Shown here piece by piece: positions 53,385-64,000 of a stretch of DNA of 64,000 bases. The stretch covers positions 1,280,001-1,344,000 of the forward strand of contig OZ241869.1 of the NCBI GenBank assembly GCA_965202805.1. Direction: 5' to 3'. Made by a program: the position numbers and the translations under genes. This DNA is from Longimicrobiales bacterium (GTDB taxonomy: Bacteria > Gemmatimonadota > Gemmatimonadetes > Longimicrobiales > Gaopeijiaceae). Under the pieces are notes generated by a model. The model did not search any database, was not told the origin of the DNA, and saw only the letters and a program-made list of their open reading frames with translations. Position 1 is the first letter of the stretch; the number at the start of each line of letters is the position of its first letter.

Positions 53385-54602
53385 ATGAACCGTCCATTCG
53401 GACGCGCCGCACCCCATCCGCTTGCGTGGATGCTGCACCTCGTAGCGGCCCTCACGGCCGGCGCTGCCGGGTCCGTCGTCGCCCAGGACTCCCCGGACGA
53501 GTACATCGCCGTCATCGAGGGCGTCCAGAGCCCAAGCCGCCAGGGGCTGGATGTCCTTACGCTGCCCGAGGTGATGGAGCGGTTCGGCGTGCCCGGGATG
53601 AGCGTCGCCGTCATCCGCGACTTCGAGGTGCACTGGGCCAGGGGGTATGGGGTCGCTGACGTGGTGACCGGCGCGCCAGTGGACACCGAAACCCTCTTCC
53701 AGGCCGCCTCGATCTCGAAGCCGGTGACCGCCATGGCGGCGCTGACCGCCGTTGAGGAAGGCCTGTTCGCGCTGGACGACGACATCAACTCGATTCTGCG
53801 CTCGTGGTCGCTGCCGGGACGCGGCTTCACGGACGATCGCCCCGTGACACCGCGGCTCCTCTTCAGCCACACCGCCGGGCTGGGCGACGGCCACGGCTTT
53901 CCCGGCTACGCCCCGGACGCCCCGCGCCCCACCCCGGTGCAGATCTTCGAGGGAGACGCGCCTTCGAACGTGGGACCGGTCGAGCTGGTGCGCCCGCCCC
54001 TCGCCGCAATGCACTACTCCGGCGGCGGCACGACCATCATGCAGCTGGCCCTGACCGACGCGCGCGGCGAGTCCTTCCCCGATCTCATGCGCCGGACCGT
54101 CCTGGAACCTGCGGGGATGACGCGCAGCACCTTCGAGCATCCCCTTCCCTCCGCCCTCGACGCGAACGCCGCGCGCGGCCACCGGGGCGACGGCCTCCCG
54201 ATGGGACTGGAGAAGTGGCACGCGTACGCGGCGCTGGCCGCGGCCGGGCTGTGGACCACGCCCACCGACCTGGCGCGCTTCGCGATCGAAGTGCAGAAGG
54301 CGGCCCGCGGCGACCCGGACCGGGTGCTTTCGCGCGCGAGCGCGCAGGAAATGCTGAGCCCGGTGGGCGTGGGCTCCTACGCCGTGGGCTTCCACATCGA
54401 GCAGCGCGGCCAGGGCTGGTATTTCAGCCACTCCGGAGGCAACTGGGGCTTCGTGTGCTACCTGACGGCGCACAGAGCCAGGGGGTACGGCGTGGTGGTG
54501 ATGACCAACTCTTCCGGGGGAGGCGGGCTCTATCGCGAGGTGCTCGAGCGGGTCGAGCGGGCGTACGGGTGGGATTCCCTGGACAAGCCGGTGCTGCGGT
54601 AG
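53385..54602 (+). CDS. Serine hydrolase, beta-lactamase/AmpC-like family, exported
   Basis: FQAASISK (SxxK), LFSHTAG, YSGGG, GLWTTPTDLARF and HSGGN. Confidence 0.9.
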   Translation: MNRPFGRAAPHPLAWMLHLVAALTAGAAGSVVAQDSPDEYIAVIEGVQSPSRQGLDVLTLPEVMERFGVPGMSVAVIRDFEVHWARGYGVADVVTGAPVDTETLFQAASISKPVTAMAALTAVEEGLFALDDDINSILRSWSLPGRGFTDDRPVTPRLLFSHTAGLGDGHGFPGYAPDAPRPTPVQIFEGDAPSNVGPVELVRPPLAAMHYSGGGTTIMQLALTDARGESFPDLMRRTVLEPAGMTRSTFEHPLPSALDANAARGHRGDGLPMGLEKWHAYAALAAAGLWTTPTDLARFAIEVQKAARGDPDRVLSRASAQEMLSPVGVGSYAVGFHIEQRGQGWYFSHSGGNWGFVCYLTAHRARGYGVVVMTNSSGGGGLYREVLERVERAYGWDSLDKPVLR

Positions 54603-54681
54603 GGGTTTTGCCGCCCACCCGACATGGTCGGCAACCCGCGGGATCGCCGTGCGCCGCGAGCCGGCGGGGACGGTCGGACGC

Positions 54682-55728
54682 CTATCCGCTCTCGCTCTTC
54701 AGCCGCCGAATCTCCGCGGCCAGCGCCGGCGCCACCTCGAACACGTCCCCCACGATGCCGTAGTCGGCGACGTTGAAGATGGGCGCGTCGGCGTCCTTGT
54801 TCACCGCGACGATGGTGCGCGCGGTGCGCATCCCGGCGAGGTGCTGGATCGCCCCGGAGATGGCGAGCGCGAAGTAGAGCGTGGGCGCGATGGTCTTGCC
54901 CGTCTGGCCCACCTGTTCGGCGTGCGGGCGCCACCCGGCGTCCACCACCGCGCGCGAGGCTCCCAGGGCCGCGGCCGGTCCGAGCGCGTCGCGCACTTCC
55001 TCGATCACGCCCCAGTTCTCAGGTCCGCGCAGACCGCGGCCGCCGGACACCACGATCTCCGCCTCCGCCACGTCGACGCTTCCACCCGAGGCGGCCCGGA
55101 ACTCCACCACCCGCCCCCCCACCGGCGCTCCTCCCGCCGGAGTGAACGCCTCCACCCGACCGGCCGCCGCGCGGGTGCCCGGTGGAAACACAAGGGGACG
55201 GAGCGACACCACCGCCGGGGTGGCGTCGAAGGTAACGCGCGCGAACGCCTTCCCTCCGTACACTGGCCGGGTGACGACCAGCCCGCCGTCCACCACCTCC
55301 AGAGCTGTGACGTCCGAGGCCAGCGGCACGTCGAGGAGCGCCGCCACCCTGGGCGCGAGGTCGGCCCCCAGCGCGCTGGCGGGAAAGAGGACCGCCCGGT
55401 ACCCGCCCCCGGCGATCATGTCGGCGACGATGCGCGCATAACCCTCCGGCTGGTACCGCGCCAGCTCGGCGCCCTCCGCCACCCGGATCACCTCGGCCCC
55501 GCGCGCGCCCAGCGGCGCGCAATCGGCACCCAGCCCCGGCCCGCCGACGGCCAGCGCATGGGCGTCTCCACCGAGTTCGCGCGCCAGTTCGGCCGCCGCC
55601 CCGACAACCTCGTGGGCCGTGGCGCGCACGCTGCCGTCGCGGTGCTCCACGAACGCGGCTACCACGCCTGCATCGGACTCCATCTCCGCCTCCGACCCGT
55701 ACTCGGGCGTTGTCAAGGGTTCGGTCAT
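54682..55728 (-). CDS. etfA: Electron transfer flavoprotein alpha subunit
   Basis: [18 protein letters not shown] and QVGQTGK...[11 protein letters not shown]...NKDADAPIF. Confidence 0.95.
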   Translation of the reverse strand: MTEPLTTPEYGSEAEMESDAGVVAAFVEHRDGSVRATAHEVVGAAAELARELGGDAHALAVGGPGLGADCAPLGARGAEVIRVAEGAELARYQPEGYARIVADMIAGGGYRAVLFPASALGADLAPRVAALLDVPLASDVTALEVVDGGLVVTRPVYGGKAFARVTFDATPAVVSLRPLVFPPGTRAAAGRVEAFTPAGGAPVGGRVVEFRAASGGSVDVAEAEIVVSGGRGLRGPENWGVIEEVRDALGPAAALGASRAVVDAGWRPHAEQVGQTGKTIAPTLYFALAISGAIQHLAGMRTARTIVAVNKDADAPIFNVADYGIVGDVFEVAPALAAEIRRLKSESG

Positions 55729-55742
55729 CACCGCGGCGGCGC

Positions 55743-56492
55743 CTACAGGGCCCCCGCCTCCTCCCGCAGCAGCCGCACCAGCTCGGGAACCGCCTCCACG
55801 CCCTCTCCTACGATCCGTCCCGGCGGCCGGGGCGAAGGCGGTTCCAGCCCGAGCACCCGCAGGCGCGCGGCCGGGAGCCGGGCCGGCCGCCGCTCCAGCG
55901 GCTTGCGGCGCGCGGCCATGATGCCCTTGAGGGTGGCGTAGCGGGGCTCGTAGGTCCCCTTCGTGATCGTGACCACGCACGGAAGAGGCAGATCCACCAC
56001 CTCCGTTCCTCCCTCTACCTCGCGGTGGCAGCGGACATGCCCCTCCCCCGCCTCCAGGCGCGTCACCGCGGTCGCACAGGGCCGTCCGAGCAACGTGGCG
56101 AGCATCGGGCCCACCTGCTGCTGGTCGTCATCCGCCGCCTTCACCCCGAGCAGGATGAGCGGGGCATCGGCTTCGGCGAGTTCCGCGGCCAGCGCCTTGG
56201 CCGTCGCCAGCCCGTCCATCGTGACCTCGCCTTCCAGCAGCACGGCCCGGTGCGCGCCCATCGCCAGGCTGTTCTTGAGGCTCTCCGTGGCGCCCGCGTC
56301 TCCCACGGTCACCGCCGTCACCGCGCCCGTCCCCAGGCCCTCCGTCACCCGCAGACCCGCCTCCAGGGCGAACTCGTCGTAGGGGCTCACGATGTACTTC
56401 ACTCCGCGAGTATCGATGGAGACGCCATCGTCACCGACGCGTATCTGCGTCTCGGTGTCGGGCACCCTGCGGATGCAAACGCTCACGTTCAA
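55743..56492 (-). CDS. etfB: Electron transfer flavoprotein beta subunit
   Basis: VCIRRVPDT, SPYDEFALE, LAMGA and EPRYATLKGIMAA. Probable TTG start at 56492. Confidence 0.93.
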   Translation of the reverse strand: MNVSVCIRRVPDTETQIRVGDDGVSIDTRGVKYIVSPYDEFALEAGLRVTEGLGTGAVTAVTVGDAGATESLKNSLAMGAHRAVLLEGEVTMDGLATAKALAAELAEADAPLILLGVKAADDDQQQVGPMLATLLGRPCATAVTRLEAGEGHVRCHREVEGGTEVVDLPLPCVVTITKGTYEPRYATLKGIMAARRKPLERRPARLPAARLRVLGLEPPSPRPPGRIVGEGVEAVPELVRLLREEAGAL

Positions 56493-56700
56493 GGCCTCGC
56501 AACTCCTGCTGAGGGTCGGATGAAAAGGAGATCCGGCGGGCGCGCGTTGCCCGTCGCCGCTCCCGGAGTGGAGAGAACCCCACGGTCGCGCGAGCCCGGG
56601 AGCCCACGGAAGGTACACGAGACTCCGCGCAGGGGAATGGCTCCCGGGGGTCGGCCGCCGACAGGGGCGGCGCCCATCCCGCCAGGTCGGCGGAGGGCCC

Positions 56701-58113
56701 TCAAAGCGTCGCCCCCAGCACCGCGAAACAGACGGCCGCCGCCCCGCCGGCCAGCAGCGCGTAGGGCAGCTGGGTGCGCACGTGGTCGATGTGATCGGTG
56801 GCCGCCGCCATGGACGAAATGATGGTGGTGTCGCTGATGGGCGAGGAGTGGTCGCCGAAGATGCCCCCGGAGAGCGCCGCCGCCACGAACGGGGCCAGCG
56901 GCATGCCCAGCGTCTCCGCGACCGGTACCGCGATGGGCAGCATGATGGCGAAGGTGCCCCAGCTCGAGCCGATCGAGAACGCGATTCCGCCCGCGACCAG
57001 GAACACCAGCGGGAGGAAGAGCATCGGAGGCAGCACGCCCTCGGTGACCTGCGCCACGTACTCGCCGGCCCCCAGCGTGCGCGCCACGGACCCCAGCGCC
57101 AGCGCCAGCAGCAGGATGAGCGCCAGCGGCATCAGCCCTCCGGCCCCCTTGAGGCCGGTGCGGGTGAGCTCGTCGAGGGTCGCCCCGCGCTGGATCAGAA
57201 GCAGGAACCAGGCCGACGCCAGCCCGGCCAGCACCGCCCACAGCACGCTCGTCGACCCGGACCCCTCGAGCATCGATCCGCCGCCGGTCACGTACAGGCC
57301 CAGCGGCATGGTCAGCACCATCACCGCGATCGGCACCAGCATGTTGCGCGCGCGCGGCGCGATGCGGCCGACCGGCGTGGGCGAGAGCACGGTCTCGTCC
57401 ACCATCGGCTGGGCGTTGGGCCACAGCACCTGGCCCTTCGCCGCGCGCTTCTCGGCCCGCTTCATGGGACCGATGTCGATCTTCCAGAGGATCGACGCCC
57501 CCGCGAGCAGGAAGGCGATGAGGGCGTAGAAGTTGACCGGAATCGCGGCGATGAATACGCCGAGCGCGTTCTCGACGCCCAGCTCGTTCAGGATCCCCAG
57601 GTTCAGGGCTCCCCAGGCATTCAGCGGGATGAGGATGCAGATGGGCGCCGAGGTGGAGTCGACGATGTAGGCAAGCCGCTCGCGCGAGATGCGAAAGCGG
57701 TCGAAGAGCGGGCGCGACACCGCCCCGGCCACGAGCACCGTGATGTTCGACTCGATGAAGATCACGATGCCGATGATCCACGCCAGGAACTGGGCGCGGC
57801 GTCCGTCGGTGACCCAGCGGTTGCCCTCGATCCAGCGCACGAACCCGCGCACGCCGCCCGCGGCTTCCAGCGTCGCGATCATCGCGCCGATGACCAGCGT
57901 GAAGAGGATCACCCTGGCGTTCCCCGGGTCGCCCAGGACAGCCACGGTCTGCTCGATGGCGGTGGCGATTCCGGCGAGCGGGTTCCAGCCTTCGAGGATG
58001 GTGTAGCCGATCCAGATGCCCGCCGCCAGCGACACGTAGACCTGCCGGCTCCAGATCGCCAGCACAATCGCGAGCACGGTGGGAAGAAGCGAAATCCAGC
58101 CGGGTTCGTTCAT
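56701..58113 (-). CDS. NhaC/ion-transporter superfamily membrane protein
   Basis: [28 protein letters not shown] and [15 protein letters not shown]...[11 protein letters not shown]. Confidence 0.9.
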   Translation of the reverse strand: MNEPGWISLLPTVLAIVLAIWSRQVYVSLAAGIWIGYTILEGWNPLAGIATAIEQTVAVLGDPGNARVILFTLVIGAMIATLEAAGGVRGFVRWIEGNRWVTDGRRAQFLAWIIGIVIFIESNITVLVAGAVSRPLFDRFRISRERLAYIVDSTSAPICILIPLNAWGALNLGILNELGVENALGVFIAAIPVNFYALIAFLLAGASILWKIDIGPMKRAEKRAAKGQVLWPNAQPMVDETVLSPTPVGRIAPRARNMLVPIAVMVLTMPLGLYVTGGGSMLEGSGSTSVLWAVLAGLASAWFLLLIQRGATLDELTRTGLKGAGGLMPLALILLLALALGSVARTLGAGEYVAQVTEGVLPPMLFLPLVFLVAGGIAFSIGSSWGTFAIMLPIAVPVAETLGMPLAPFVAAALSGGIFGDHSSPISDTTIISSMAAATDHIDHVRTQLPYALLAGGAAAVCFAVLGATL

Positions 58114-58703
58114 CTTGTCCCTCGTGCGCGCGTGGAAACGTGAGGATTGCCCTGGAGAAAGAAGCGCAGTTCGCGGTCGCGCGCCCGGGTCACCCCGATG
58201 CGCGGGGACCGTGCGACGCTCCCGACCGGAACAGGTTCCCTCGGGATGAGGCGCAGGGGCGCCCGGTCCAGGAGGTGGCCATCGAGCGCCCCGGTGACTC
58301 CGAGCGCCTGGCAGAGCCGCGCCGGACCGGAACACAGGTCCCGGTTCCGGCCCCGCCGCGCCGCCATGGTCGCGTCACCCGCCACCGGCTCGAGCGCGCG
58401 CACGAGCACCGCGGCCGGGAAGCCCTCCTGCCCGGTCACGACGTTCAGGCACCAGTGCATGCCGTAGATGAGGTAGACGTAGGCGATTCCAGGGGGACCG
58501 AACATGGTCGCGTTGCGCCGGGTGCGGCCGATGCGCTCCGCCGCGTGAGATGCCGCGTCGTGGGGTCCGGTGTAGGCCTCCACCTCCACGATGCGGCCTG
58601 CCGTTCGGACCCCGCCCACCGTCGACTCCACCTCCCAGCCCAGCAGGCCGGGCGCCACCGCGCGCGCACCGCCCGCCAGGAGGCCGGCGAGCGCCTCGTT
58701 CAC
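58110..58703 (-). CDS. mpg: DNA-3-methyladenine glycosylase (MPG/AAG family)
   Basis: GRIVEVEAY...ASHA...[23 protein letters not shown]...VRALEP...[11 protein letters not shown]...RIGV. The start is approximate. Confidence 0.92.
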   Translation of the reverse strand: MNEALAGLLAGGARAVAPGLLGWEVESTVGGVRTAGRIVEVEAYTGPHDAASHAAERIGRTRRNATMFGPPGIAYVYLIYGMHWCLNVVTGQEGFPAAVLVRALEPVAGDATMAARRGRNRDLCSGPARLCQALGVTGALDGHLLDRAPLRLIPREPVPVGSVARSPRIGVTRARDRELRFFLQGNPHVSTRARGTR

Positions 58704-58749
58704 GACGGCAGTACCCGACGACACCACCCCGCTCGACCGGGCCCGCCCC

Positions 58750-60591
58750 TCAGGAAGACCCGCGCCGCCGTCCCAGACGGGTCCGCCGTGCCGCGGCAGT
58801 CGCCTGTTTGGCGGCCTCTTCCTCTGCCGGATCCACCCTGGACCGGCGGTCGAAGTCCTCCTGCCAGGCTTCGACCAGCTTGGCCGCCCGGCTGCGCGGC
58901 AGAACCCCCTCCACCTTGTCCCGGGAGTCGTGCAGCACATGGAAGACCCGGTCGCCGAAAGCCTCGATGAGGCGTTCCGCGGTCTTCGCGCCCACGCCCC
59001 GATAGCGGTTGGCCAGGTAGCGCTGAACCGCGCTGGCCTCGGTGGGCAGTCCGAGGCCGGCGGGATCGAACGCGGGCTTCGCGTCCGCGCGCCCGTCCTC
59101 ATTGGCGCGCTCCTCGCGCTCGCGCTCACGGGCCCGCCGACTCTGGCGCCACATCCGCAGGCGCGGTGAGCGGGGCGTGCGCCCTCTCTTCTTCGCAGCC
59201 GGAGCTTCCGCGGCTGCCGCCGGCTCCGACGACGCCGCTTCCTGAACCTCCGCAGACCGGGAATCGTCCTTCCCGGCTTCCGAGACCGCTCCCGGCGACC
59301 TGGACGCAGCCACCGCCGCTCCGTCGGGGGCCCCTTCCTTCGACCCGGCGGGCGTCGCGCTCACCCCCGGGGCTGGCGCGGAGGCGGCTTCGTCCTTCCG
59401 CGCCCGGTCAGACCGGGGAAGCCGCACGACGAAGTTGCCCGCCTCGTTGCGGCGAATGCGCACGACCTCGTGCTCGTGGGCCTGCGTGAGGAACTTGCTG
59501 AACTTGCTGAACCCGAGCCCGGCTTCGTCGAAGCTGCGGTCGAGGTCCAGCATGCGGCGCTTCACATCGGAATCCCGCGTCCAGTCGTTGTCCGGGCTGA
59601 TGTCCGGCAACGCCCTGCGCAGGAGCGCGTATGCGTCCGCAAGCGGGTCGGCCCCCTCCGCCCCGTTTCCGGAAACGCCCTCCCGGCGGGCTTCCCGCTC
59701 CGGCGACCCCGCCTCGCTGCGCGCTGCAGCCGCGCGCCTGCGCTCCGGACCACCGGAACCGCCTGTCCGGCTGCGCGGGCCGGCATGCCGTGGGGCGGAG
59801 CCGTCTCGCGGGCGGGCGCCCGCGGGAAGGATCTCGTGCTGGCCGTTCTCGAGCTTGCGCAGGCGCACGAGCCCGCGGGAAGCCGCCTCCGCGAGAAACT
59901 TGCTGAACTTGCTGAACCCGTACTTCGATTCCTCGAACCCCGGGTTCATCTCCAGCATTACCTGTTTGAGGCGGTCCGAGCGCATGACGTCTCCGCGCTC
60001 GATCATCTTCTTCGACGCCTCGTTGACCAGATTCCACGGGTCCACGGACTTGCCCTTGTCTCCCGCAGACGCCTTCTGAAGTCCGGTGATCGACGAGTAC
60101 GAGTAGTATTCGTCGCAGTTCTGGACCAGGATATCGGAACTGGATTCCTGGATGCCTACCCCGATCACGTACTTCCCGTACTCCTTCAGCTTCAGGACCA
60201 GGCTGGAGAAGTCGCTGTCTCCCGTAAGGAGAATGTAGGTCCCGATTTCCGGGCGAATGAAGACCAGCTCCATGCCGTCGATCGCCATGCGGATATCGGT
60301 GGCGTTCTTCTTCGAACTGCCGTAGGCGGGAGCGAAGATCAGGTCGACCGACGCCTCCGAGAGCGGCACGATGTACTGGGGATACCGCCGCCAGTCGGCG
60401 TATGCCCGCTGGACGGTGACCTTGCCCTTGATGATGTCGGAGTTGAGGAGCGTCTTGATCTCTTTGGAGAGATCGCTCCGGATGCCCATCGTCACGTTGT
60501 CGAAGTCGATGAGCAGCGCCGCGTTGGGCGCGGAAGACAGGACCGGGCCCGCCCCTTCGACATGCGGGGCGCGCGTGAAGTGATTGATCAT
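58750..60591 (-). CDS. NYN (LabA/DUF88) domain protein with two OST-HTH/LOTUS domains and a C-terminal HhH
   Basis: LLIDFDN, RAYADW, KNATDI, TGDSDF and CDEY; two F(E/D)[10 protein letters not shown] repeats; [17 protein letters not shown]. Confidence 0.85.
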   Translation of the reverse strand: MINHFTRAPHVEGAGPVLSSAPNAALLIDFDNVTMGIRSDLSKEIKTLLNSDIIKGKVTVQRAYADWRRYPQYIVPLSEASVDLIFAPAYGSSKKNATDIRMAIDGMELVFIRPEIGTYILLTGDSDFSSLVLKLKEYGKYVIGVGIQESSSDILVQNCDEYYSYSSITGLQKASAGDKGKSVDPWNLVNEASKKMIERGDVMRSDRLKQVMLEMNPGFEESKYGFSKFSKFLAEAASRGLVRLRKLENGQHEILPAGARPRDGSAPRHAGPRSRTGGSGGPERRRAAAARSEAGSPEREARREGVSGNGAEGADPLADAYALLRRALPDISPDNDWTRDSDVKRRMLDLDRSFDEAGLGFSKFSKFLTQAHEHEVVRIRRNEAGNFVVRLPRSDRARKDEAASAPAPGVSATPAGSKEGAPDGAAVAASRSPGAVSEAGKDDSRSAEVQEAASSEPAAAAEAPAAKKRGRTPRSPRLRMWRQSRRAREREREERANEDGRADAKPAFDPAGLGLPTEASAVQRYLANRYRGVGAKTAERLIEAFGDRVFHVLHDSRDKVEGVLPRSRAAKLVEAWQEDFDRRSRVDPAEEEAAKQATAAARRTRLGRRRGSS

Positions 60592-60705
60592 TCGATGTTC
60601 TCTCGCAACCGAAGTTCCGGCCGCCGAGCCTCCCTCTCCGGTCCACCCTCTCTCCGGCGGCGCACGCCGGGATCGGTCGTGGAGCGGGGCTGGGAAGCCA
60701 GGGAC

Positions 60706-62322
60706 CTAGCCGGGCCGGCGCAGGATCCCGGCCCGCAACAGGCGAGCCAGTTCTCCGCGTCCGGCCTTCCCGGCTGCCGTCGCCGGGAACTCGTCAAAAA
60801 AGTGGATCCGATCGGGCACCTTGTAGGTGGCCAGCGAGGGGCGGCACCATGCTCTCAGCTCCTCCTCCGAGACCATGGCCCCTTCGATCATGTGCACGCA
60901 GGCGCAGACGGCCTCGCCCAGAAGTTCGTCGGGCAGGCCCACCACCACTACATCCCGCACCGCCGGGTGTGTCGCGATTCTGTTCTCGACTTCCCGGGGA
61001 TACACATCGAACCCAGCCTTAATGATAACATCGCCCTGGCGGCCCACCAAATGCAGGTAGCCGTCTTCGTCCACGATGCCCATGTCGCCGGTGTGCAGGA
61101 AGCGGTCGGCGTCGAAGTGCCGCCGGGTGTTGTCCGGCTGCCGGTAGTAGCCGCGCATCACGCCCGGGCTGCGAACCCGGAGTTCTCCCAGGCTTTCGAC
61201 CGGCAGCACGGATCCGTCGCCGTCGCACACCCGCACGGACACGTCGGCCAGCGGCCGCCCCACGGTGAAGCGCTGCTTCTCGGGGGGATCTTCGGGGCGA
61301 GTCATCGAGACGGTGGATCCGGCCTCGGTAAGAGAATACGCAACGTGCAGGTTGGGACAGAGCTCCTCTCGCACCTGGCGCAGCGGGAGATCGCCGATGG
61401 GCCCGCCCGTGACGATGCCGGTTCGCAGGCTGGAGAGGTCGCGCGGTGTGCGCCGCTGGGCATGCAGCTCGGTGAGGAAGTGCGTGGGCACGCCGTAGTG
61501 CACGGTGGCGCGGTGCTGTTCGATCAGATCCAGCGCCTGTTCCGCGTCGAAGCTCTCATGCAGCACGATCGACGCGCCCGCGCTCGCGGTGCCGAGGATG
61601 GCGGGGCCGAGCGAAAACGCGTGGAAGATGTCGCTGGCCCCGATCACGCGGTCGGCCGAAGTCACGCCCAGCTCCTCTACGGTCCGGCGCCCGGGCTCTA
61701 CCAGGTTGCCGTGGGTCAACTCCACGCCTTTCGGCTTTCCAGTGGTCCCGGCCGTGTAGAGAAGCGCAAACTGGTCGTCGGCCGCGAGTTCCGGCTGTGG
61801 GCACTTCTTCCCCCGTCCCGCCGAGACCAGGTCTTCGAAGGGATAGATCTGGTCGTCGTACCAGAGGTCCTCTTCGCCAACCGTGATCACGTAGCCCAGC
61901 TCCGGCAGCTCTTCCAGCACTTCCTCCGCGAACTGCAGGTAGTCGATGCCTTCGAAGGTTTCGGGCGTCACCGCGACCGCGGCCTGGGAGTGACGCAGCC
62001 GGTAGCGCAGCTCCAGCGGCGGGAGGCGGGGATTGAGGGGCACCACGACGATCCCGAGCCTGGCCGCCGCGAAGGCCGCCACGATGAACTCGGGACAGCC
62101 GGGCAGCAGGATCGCGAGCCGGTCGCCCCGCTCGATGCCCAGGCGGTGCAGGGACGCCGCCAGGTCCCGGGCCTGGCTCTCCACCTGCCCGTAGGTCATC
62201 ATGCCGTCCTCAAAGAAAAGAAACGGCCGGCCGGGATCGGCGGCGGCGGCCGTTGCCAGCACGGCGCCTGCTGTGGCCGGTGACCGGCCCGGAGAACGGG
62301 TGCGGTCGGCGTCGCGGTCCAT
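60706..62322 (-). CDS. AMP-binding acyl-CoA synthetase/ligase
   Basis: [29 protein letters not shown] and LATYKVP. Confidence 0.9.
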   Translation of the reverse strand: MDRDADRTRSPGRSPATAGAVLATAAAADPGRPFLFFEDGMMTYGQVESQARDLAASLHRLGIERGDRLAILLPGCPEFIVAAFAAARLGIVVVPLNPRLPPLELRYRLRHSQAAVAVTPETFEGIDYLQFAEEVLEELPELGYVITVGEEDLWYDDQIYPFEDLVSAGRGKKCPQPELAADDQFALLYTAGTTGKPKGVELTHGNLVEPGRRTVEELGVTSADRVIGASDIFHAFSLGPAILGTASAGASIVLHESFDAEQALDLIEQHRATVHYGVPTHFLTELHAQRRTPRDLSSLRTGIVTGGPIGDLPLRQVREELCPNLHVAYSLTEAGSTVSMTRPEDPPEKQRFTVGRPLADVSVRVCDGDGSVLPVESLGELRVRSPGVMRGYYRQPDNTRRHFDADRFLHTGDMGIVDEDGYLHLVGRQGDVIIKAGFDVYPREVENRIATHPAVRDVVVVGLPDELLGEAVCACVHMIEGAMVSEEELRAWCRPSLATYKVPDRIHFFDEFPATAAGKAGRGELARLLRAGILRRPG

Positions 62323-62345
62323 TCAGAAGATGCGTGTCGGGGGAA

Positions 62346-63464
62346 TCATCGTGCCTCGCCGAGTACGGCCAGCACTACTTCGTCGGGCAGAGCGTGCGTC
62401 CACCCGCCTGTACCGTCCACTCGCCCGATCCGGTCCAGGAGGACGTAGGAGGGAGAACCGGCGCGTGTCTTCTTGTCGGCAGGAGTGCGCGCCAGGACGG
62501 CGGCGGCATCGGTGCCCGGCGGGAGGACGGTGGGCAGGCTGCAGGAGGCGAGTGTCTCGCTCAACCGGTCGGCGGTACCCGCCCTGGTACGCCCGATGCG
62601 CTCGCCCGCGCGCGCCTCCAGAATCATGCCGAGGGAGACGGCGGACCCGTGCGGGAGGGTGTAGCCCGATTCGGCCTCGAGCGCGTGCCCGAGGGTGTGC
62701 CCGAAGTTGAGGAGTTGCCTCAGCCCCCCTTCCCGTTCGTCCTCGCTGACCACGCGGGCCTTCAGCTCCACCGACCTGCGCACCACCGCCTCCATGGCGG
62801 CGCCCTCTCCCGCCAGCACCCCCGCGGCGGAGCGCCCGACCTCCTCGAAGTAGCCCTCGTCCAGGATCGCCCCGTGCTTGACCGCCTCGGCCAGCCCCTG
62901 GGCGCGCTCCGCCGCAGGCAGGGTGTTCAGGTAGTCGGGATCGGCGACCACCACCCGGGGCGGGTGGAAGGCCCCGATCAGGTTCTTGCCGGCCCGGGTG
63001 TCCACCCCCGTCTTGCCCCCCACGGAGGCGTCGACCATGGCGACCAGGCTGGTCGGCACCTGCACCACCGGGATACCGCGCAGCAGGGTCGCGGCGACGA
63101 AGCCTCCCAGGTCGCCGGTCACCCCGCCCCCGAGCGCCACCACGCAGCCGTCGCGCCCGAATCCGGCGGCCAGCAGCTCGTCCGAGAGGCGCGACCAGCT
63201 CCGCCGGATCTTGTGCTCCTCCCCCGCGGGAAAGGTGAACAGCTCCGCGCGCGCCCCGGCGGCGGCCAGCACCCCCAGCAGGGCGCTGCCGTGCAGGCGG
63301 GCGACGTTGGAGTCGGCGATCACGGCGTAGCGGTGGGCCGGCGCGTACTCGGCGAGCAGTTCCGGCATCGCATGGCGCAGGCCGCGCCCCACGAGCACCG
63401 GATACCCCCCTTCCCCCTTCGTGCGCACATGCACGGCGTGCGCCGCGGCCGCGCGCGAACTCAT
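62346..63464 (-). CDS. aroB: 3-dehydroquinate synthase
   Basis: ALGGGVTGDLGGF, PTSLVAMVDASVGGKTG, NFGHTLGHALE and HGSAV. Confidence 0.96.
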   Translation of the reverse strand: MSSRAAAAHAVHVRTKGEGGYPVLVGRGLRHAMPELLAEYAPAHRYAVIADSNVARLHGSALLGVLAAAGARAELFTFPAGEEHKIRRSWSRLSDELLAAGFGRDGCVVALGGGVTGDLGGFVAATLLRGIPVVQVPTSLVAMVDASVGGKTGVDTRAGKNLIGAFHPPRVVVADPDYLNTLPAAERAQGLAEAVKHGAILDEGYFEEVGRSAAGVLAGEGAAMEAVVRRSVELKARVVSEDEREGGLRQLLNFGHTLGHALEAESGYTLPHGSAVSLGMILEARAGERIGRTRAGTADRLSETLASCSLPTVLPPGTDAAAVLARTPADKKTRAGSPSYVLLDRIGRVDGTGGWTHALPDEVVLAVLGEAR

Positions 63465-64000
63465 GCGCCCCCCACGATCCTGGCTGCCGGCGGGTCCGGG
63501 ACCGCACCGACCGTCAGCACCGCCGCGGGCCGACCATCCAGCATTTCGGGCTCGAGGGTCGCGTCGGTCAGCGCCGCGGCCACCGCCCGGCCGCGGGACA
63601 CGAATGCGTCGCGCGCCGCTTCGTCCTCCCAGACCGACCACCAGACCAGCCCCCGGTTTCCGTCGCCGCCTTCGATCAGGGCGAACTGGTCGCCCTCCCA
63701 GCCGGCTATCGGCCGCGCATCCCCCGCGACCTCCTCGAACAGAATCCCGATCTCCGCCAGCCCGAGCGAGTTCGCGTAGGTCACCGCGGCGCCGCCACCG
63801 GTGATCTCGATGTCGACCGGAGCATCCGGTTCGGGCCCGAATGCCCGCTCCGGTTCCAGCACCTGCTCGGTGGAGTGCGGAAGCAGCTCTCCGAAAGGAG
63901 GCGGCCGGCCGGGGCGCTGCTGCCACAGCGTACGGACATACTCGGTGCCCTGCACGTAGGGAAAGATGAGCGACTCGCGCACGATTCCGGGAGCGGATGC
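63461..64000 (-). CDS. Hypothetical protein, C-terminal part (5'-truncated by window)
   Basis: Frame is open to the window end; LIFPYVQG, PHSTEQVL and GWEGD. Its stop overlaps the aroB start. Confidence 0.6.
   Translation of the reverse strand, partial: ASAPGIVRESLIFPYVQGTEYVRTLWQQRPGRPPPFGELLPHSTEQVLEPERAFGPEPDAPVDIEITGGGAAVTYANSLGLAEIGILFEEVAGDARPIAGWEGDQFALIEGGDGNRGLVWWSVWEDEAARDAFVSRGRAVAAALTDATLEPEMLDGRPAAVLTVGAVPDPPAARIVGGA

Noticed and set aside
53385..54602. Beta-lactamase resistance call
   Set aside because: SxxK is present, but this family includes many esterases and peptidases, and the YxN position reads YSG.

Overview
This is a very GC-rich bacterial chromosomal window with about 46 CDS. 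No rRNA, tRNA, CRISPR array or intact transposase was recognised. The gene content (SusD, TonB receptor, DUF1592/DUF1552 cassettes, secreted ankyrin proteins) suggests a Gemmatimonadota-like organism, possibly host-associated; this is inference only. Most of the window is housekeeping: DUF58-BatA-mfd-PPIase-surA-pdxA-holB-moaC, guaB-mltD-like, acs, Fur/PerR, moeA, etfBA, mpg and aroB. Five things stand out. (1) There are two unrelated tandem arrays with a 23-bp period (39366-39490 and 26866-26946). The first precedes an intact solitary AAA_14/DUF4143 ATPase-nuclease gene and is followed by a nested inverted repeat. The second opens a decayed island containing a frameshifted RecG-C/HATPase-like gene. 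(2) There are two paralogous DUF1552 + ankyrin modules, translationally coupled and each beside outer-membrane import genes; one lacks the usual DUF1592 cytochrome and follows SusD instead. (3) An unannotated dinJ-yafQ toxin-antitoxin relic lies at 43826-43988. (4) An NYN-LOTUS-LOTUS-HhH fusion lies next to mpg. (5) A DUF4384 protein carries a CxxCH motif. All family calls come from motif recognition by eye, not database searches.
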